Source: a virus (Duplodnaviria > Caudoviricetes). Taken from it: 50,014 bases of DNA. The stretch is from IMG/VR virus record IMGVR_UViG_3300036801_000108, positions 1 through 50,014 of that record; one strand, given 5' to 3'. The number at the start of each line of letters is the position of its first letter. Positions within the stretch are counted from its first letter, which is position 1. Both the position numbers and the translations under genes were made by a program. The notes under the pieces are model-generated. The model was not told the DNA's origin, searched no databases, and saw only the letters and a list, made by a program, of their open reading frames with translations. Positions 46,536 to 50,014 of this stretch are shown here, piece after piece.

Positions 46536-46940
46536 ATGTCACTTCCCAATGCCCTCCGCGCCTATGAGGACTGCCGCACACTATTCGAGGCCGCGGCAGC
46601 CGACTCCAAAGGCGCGCGTGCCAAGCTCATCAGCCACGACGCTTGTATCAACATGCGTTCACGGCTCCACAACTTCCGTGCCCTCGACCGCGCGGCCAAC
46701 GCCGAGACCTACCCCGATCCCAACGACCCGCTCCACGGCCAGTCCGTCTACGATGAATACGTGGTCCAAATCTTCCCCGACGAGGATGGCGAATGGTGGG
46801 TTTATGTCTCGCTCCGTACTAGTCAACTCCTCGCCATCGAGCCGCTCTCCGACACCCCACCGTTGCTCGAACTGAACGCCAATCCAACCGACACTACGGC
46901 CCATGAAGTCCACTTAATCGAGGACCATAGCGATGGCTAG
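46536..46940 (+). CDS. Hypothetical protein
   Basis: AAGGA RBS; 134 aa. Confidence 0.7.
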   Translation: MSLPNALRAYEDCRTLFEAAAADSKGARAKLISHDACINMRSRLHNFRALDRAANAETYPDPNDPLHGQSVYDEYVVQIFPDEDGEWWVYVSLRTSQLLAIEPLSDTPPLLELNANPTDTTAHEVHLIEDHSDG

Positions 46941-47169
46941 ACCTTCCCCCCTAACCTGGCTCCCGCTCTGGCAGCGCGCGCTAGAAACCGAAATCGGCAT
47001 CGCGTTCGTCATCTCCGGGGTCCGCCGCGAATACTTTCGCAAAACCCTATACGACGCGAAGAAGGCGGCTGGGGACCCGGCGCTGGAGGATTTGGTCATG
47101 TTCCTACCTGCGGCGCCGTTTGATAACGAGATTTGGATATGTAAGAAACAGGTGGAGCTTGAATCATGA
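46933..47169 (+). CDS. Hypothetical protein
   Basis: 78 aa, packed in the operon. Confidence 0.65.
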   Translation: MARPSPLTWLPLWQRALETEIGIAFVISGVRREYFRKTLYDAKKAAGDPALEDLVMFLPAAPFDNEIWICKKQVELES

Positions 47170-47390
47170 GCCCGGCCCGCTCCGATGACCCACTCCGCCG
47201 CACCACCCTCAACCTCTACGCAGCCGATTGCGCTTATCTCGAAAAGACCGTAGGCCAAGGCTGGACCGAACTAATTCGTCAACTGGTTCATGCCGAAGTC
47301 CAGCACCGTGTGACATCTAGCCGTCCTGTTCTAATAACCGTAGCCGACCTCCAAACCCGATCCGACCGAATTGGAGATTATGACGAATGA
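47166..47390 (+). CDS. Small protein, possibly ribbon-helix-helix
   Basis: RRTTLNLY strand followed by two helices (TELIRQLV). Confidence 0.6.
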   Translation: MSPARSDDPLRRTTLNLYAADCAYLEKTVGQGWTELIRQLVHAEVQHRVTSSRPVLITVADLQTRSDRIGDYDE

Positions 47391-47686
47391 CCAACCCCCT
47401 CCTCGACTCCCTCGCCAAACCTCCGCCCCCACCTTCCGAACTCGACGAGCTAATCTCCCGTGACCCACTCGACCTATCGGCCCAGGACATCGACTCCATC
47501 ATCGCCATGCAGCGCCAGCATCGCGCACGCAAAGAAGCCGGTGGCCGCACCCGCAAGTCCGCTGCCGATGCACCGAAGCAGACCCTCGATCTCGCCGCGC
47601 TGGGCCTGCTCAAGCCCAAGCCCGCGCCTGCAATCGCCGCACCGGGCACGGTTCCGGCTGTGGTGTCTAGCTTTAGGCGCCTATGA
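47387..47686 (+). CDS. Hypothetical protein
   Basis: LDELISRDPL; ends FRRL. Confidence 0.7.
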   Translation: MTNPLLDSLAKPPPPPSELDELISRDPLDLSAQDIDSIIAMQRQHRARKEAGGRTRKSAADAPKQTLDLAALGLLKPKPAPAIAAPGTVPAVVSSFRRL

Positions 47687-48684
47687 TGAACATCCACCCC
47701 GCCCACCTCACCGAAGGCACACAGTCCCCATTCCTCCCGGGCACCAAAATCCAGTACGCTTGGGACTCCACCTCGCTAGGCTATCTCAAAACCTGTCCCC
47801 GACTCTACCAATACATCCTAATCGACGGCTGGGGTTCCCGCGACGAATCCATCCACCTTCGCTTCGGCATCGAATACCATACCGCCCTCGAAGACTACGC
47901 CCGATCCCGCGCTCAAGGCATCTCCCATGACGACTCTATCCATGACACTATCCGCGCTCTTCATTCTCGGGTGTGGGATTGGCGCCCTGATCGGTCGAGT
48001 CGCGCTGGGCGTTACAAGAATCCAGAAACACTCATTGGACTAGTTGTGGATTATCTGGACCACTTCCATGATGACCCGGCAGAGACGTTCATCTTGGAGA
48101 ACGGGTCCCCGGCGGTGGAGCTGAGCTTTAGGTTCGAGCTTGATTGGGGTCCTGAGCGCAGCATGAGTGATGGCTATGGTGCCCCTCCACACAACCAACC
48201 CTACCTCCTCTGCGGCCATCTCGACCGGGTCGTAGACTTCAACAACGATCTCTACGTCATGGACCGGAAGACCTCCGTGAGTACGCTAAGCGGCTACTAC
48301 TTTGATCAATGGACCCCCAGCAACCAAATGACCCTCTACACCCTCGCCGGCAAGGTCATGCTCAACTCGCCAATCAAAGGCGTGATTATCGACGCGGCCC
48401 AAGTCTTGCTCGAAAAGCCCAACGCCTTCGCCCGCGGCTTTGCCTACCGCACTGCCGATCAACTCGACGAATGGCTGCTCGATCTGCGCTATTGGTTAGG
48501 CCAAGCCGAGGCATTCGCCACTGCCGACTACTGGCCCCAGAACGACACCGCCTGCCACAAGTTCGGCGGGTGCCAATTCCGCGAGGTGTGTTCGCGAAGC
48601 CCACAGGTGCGGGAGCAATACCTCAAAGGCAGCTTCGACAAACTGGCACCGGAGGATCGATGGAATCCGCTCAAAGCTCGCTAA
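47683..48684 (+). CDS. PD-(D/E)XK Cas4/RecB-like exonuclease
   Basis: CPR, FGIEYH, GHLDR..DRKT, QMTLY, C-terminal C...C....C. Confidence 0.88.
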   Translation: MMNIHPAHLTEGTQSPFLPGTKIQYAWDSTSLGYLKTCPRLYQYILIDGWGSRDESIHLRFGIEYHTALEDYARSRAQGISHDDSIHDTIRALHSRVWDWRPDRSSRAGRYKNPETLIGLVVDYLDHFHDDPAETFILENGSPAVELSFRFELDWGPERSMSDGYGAPPHNQPYLLCGHLDRVVDFNNDLYVMDRKTSVSTLSGYYFDQWTPSNQMTLYTLAGKVMLNSPIKGVIIDAAQVLLEKPNAFARGFAYRTADQLDEWLLDLRYWLGQAEAFATADYWPQNDTACHKFGGCQFREVCSRSPQVREQYLKGSFDKLAPEDRWNPLKAR

Positions 48685-48872
48685 GAGCCCGCCTAATCCT
48701 CGGCAAGTTCCGGGTCCTCGAACGATCCGAAGCCGAAATGAAAGTCGCCCTCGGTGGCTCCACCACCATGACCGTCCGGCTCGAACCATTTATGGATGTG
48801 AAGGCTGGAGATTTGATCACGCTATACACGGAGGTGTTCCTTGCCAAGCCTAGCCAATCATCAGTCGAATGA
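48660..48872 (+). CDS. Small hypothetical protein
   Basis: GGAGG RBS before MESAQ; fills the gap. Confidence 0.5.
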   Translation: MESAQSSLRARLILGKFRVLERSEAEMKVALGGSTTMTVRLEPFMDVKAGDLITLYTEVFLAKPSQSSVE

Positions 48873-49671
48873 CTTTACGAAGCTGCTTCTTACCGGAGAT
48901 TCTGGCTCTGGCAAGTCCGGAGCGCTCGCTTCGCTTGTCAAAGCTGGCTACAAGCTGCGAATCCTTGATATGGACAATGGACTTGATCCCCTCAAAACCT
49001 ATGTCCTCAAAGAGTGCCCTGCTCTTGTCGACAATGTTGAATTCAGAACATTACGTGATAACTACAAGACTACTGCTGCGGGGCCTAAGGTGGACAAGCC
49101 CACTGCCTTCGTCGCCGCGATGAAAATGATGGACCACTGGAAATACGACGATACCGATCTTGGCAAGCCCGGCGACTGGGGACCCGAGTGCATCCTCGTC
49201 CTTGACTCCCTCTCCTTCTTCTCCGATGCCGCATTCGACTGGGCCGAGTCCATGAATCCTGGTGCCAAGGACCCAAGGCAATGGTTCTACAGCGCACAGC
49301 AAGCGGTGGAGGCTGCCCTTGCCCTCCTCACCTCGGCCAGCTTTCGCACTAACGTCATCGTCACCGCCCACGTCCGCTACTCCACCGGTGACGACGGCCG
49401 TACCAAAGGCTACCCTAACGCAATCGGCTCAGCCCTAGGCCCCACCATCCCCCGCTACTTCAACCATTGGGCCCAATGCGAGAACAAGTCCGGCAAGCGC
49501 ACCATCCAAACCGCCGCCACCGCGATGTTTGACCTCAAAAACACCAAGCCGTTTGAAATGTCCAAGACCTACGACCTTGCCACCGGTCTTGCTGAATTCT
49601 TTGCCGTGTTACGAGAGCCACCGGCAACGATTCCGACTAAACCCAAGGCTCTCACTCTCAAGCGTGCATAA
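48841..49671 (+). CDS. Sak4-like / AAA_24 ATPase (recombinase)
   Basis: GGAGG RBS with TTG start; GDSGSGKS, ILDMDNG, VLDSLS, IVTAH; lies between the exonuclease and the SSB. Confidence 0.85.
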   Translation: MPSLANHQSNDFTKLLLTGDSGSGKSGALASLVKAGYKLRILDMDNGLDPLKTYVLKECPALVDNVEFRTLRDNYKTTAAGPKVDKPTAFVAAMKMMDHWKYDDTDLGKPGDWGPECILVLDSLSFFSDAAFDWAESMNPGAKDPRQWFYSAQQAVEAALALLTSASFRTNVIVTAHVRYSTGDDGRTKGYPNAIGSALGPTIPRYFNHWAQCENKSGKRTIQTAATAMFDLKNTKPFEMSKTYDLATGLAEFFAVLREPPATIPTKPKALTLKRA

Positions 49672-49702
49672 CCCCACCACCAACCAAGGACCCATCCACC
49701 AC

Positions 49703-50014
49703 ATGGCAAAACCAGCAACACAGCAATCTTTTGAATCCATCCTCGACACTCCGGTCGCTGATGTCCAGCGACCGAAACCTATCCCCGCAGGCACCTACGA
49801 CTGCATCGTCCGCGGGCTCTATGAAGAAGACGTGAGCACGCAAAAGAAGACCCCATTCGTCCGGTTCACCTACGCGGTGCAGGCGGCTGGGGAGGACGTT
49901 GATCCCGCCGAACTCGAAGAAATGGGCGGCATCGCCGACAAGTCGATCAAGGACACCTACTACACCACGCCCGATGCCTTGTTCCGACTGACCCAAGTCC
50001 TCGAAAACATGGGC
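49703..50014 (+). CDS. SSB-like (DUF669-type) protein, N-terminal part (continues at the window start)
   Basis: AAGGA RBS; RPKPIPAGTYDC motif; open through the terminal repeat. Confidence 0.7.
   Translation, partial: MAKPATQQSFESILDTPVADVQRPKPIPAGTYDCIVRGLYEEDVSTQKKTPFVRFTYAVQAAGEDVDPAELEEMGGIADKSIKDTYYTTPDALFRLTQVLENMG
49888..50014. repeat. Terminal direct repeat, copy 2
   Basis: Identical to 1-127. Confidence 0.95.

Noticed and set aside
47683-48684. CRISPR-Cas locus suggested by the Cas4-like nuclease
   Set aside because: No repeat-spacer array or other cas genes; the context is the usual exonuclease-Sak4-SSB recombination module.
49888-50014. Biological direct terminal repeat
   Set aside because: The 127-nt length equals a standard assembler k-mer and the repeat falls mid-gene, so it is best read as circular assembly overlap.

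Overview
The window is a complete circular (or circularly permuted) ~49.9 kb dsDNA tailed phage genome: bases 1-127 repeat exactly at 49888-50014, and an SSB-like ORF reads in frame across the join. The organisation is podovirus-like, resembling BPP-1/T7 head-tail modules. The minus-strand late operon (~37.1 kb to 4.56 kb) holds terminase, portal, scaffold, major capsid, cement, tail tubular A/B, three ejection proteins and a GH108 lysis cassette. The plus-strand early/replication arm (37.5 kb through the join to 4.57 kb) holds many small genes, an HNH nuclease, a UvrD helicase, a Cas4-like nuclease, a Sak4-like ATPase, an SSB, a split UDG-exonuclease/PolA and a DUF3987-like NTPase. No integrase, repressor, RNA polymerase or primase was recognised. 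A rhizobial-style outer-membrane protein and GTTC-N7-GTTC boxes suggest an alphaproteobacterial host. Main findings: (1) an O-antigen-ligase/O-oligosaccharyltransferase gene sits in the virion operon among five signal-peptide-bearing, Cys-paired, Ser/Thr-rich fibre- or spike-like proteins, a candidate periplasmic virion-glycosylation system; (2) a type II hammerhead ribozyme heads a ~450 nt structured non-coding region with a kissing-loop domain; (3) eight unrelated proteins share a C-terminal RR[LVA] tag; (4) the PolA is split at an in-frame TAG-ATG and carries His at position 762. All family assignments come from motifs read by eye, not from database searches.
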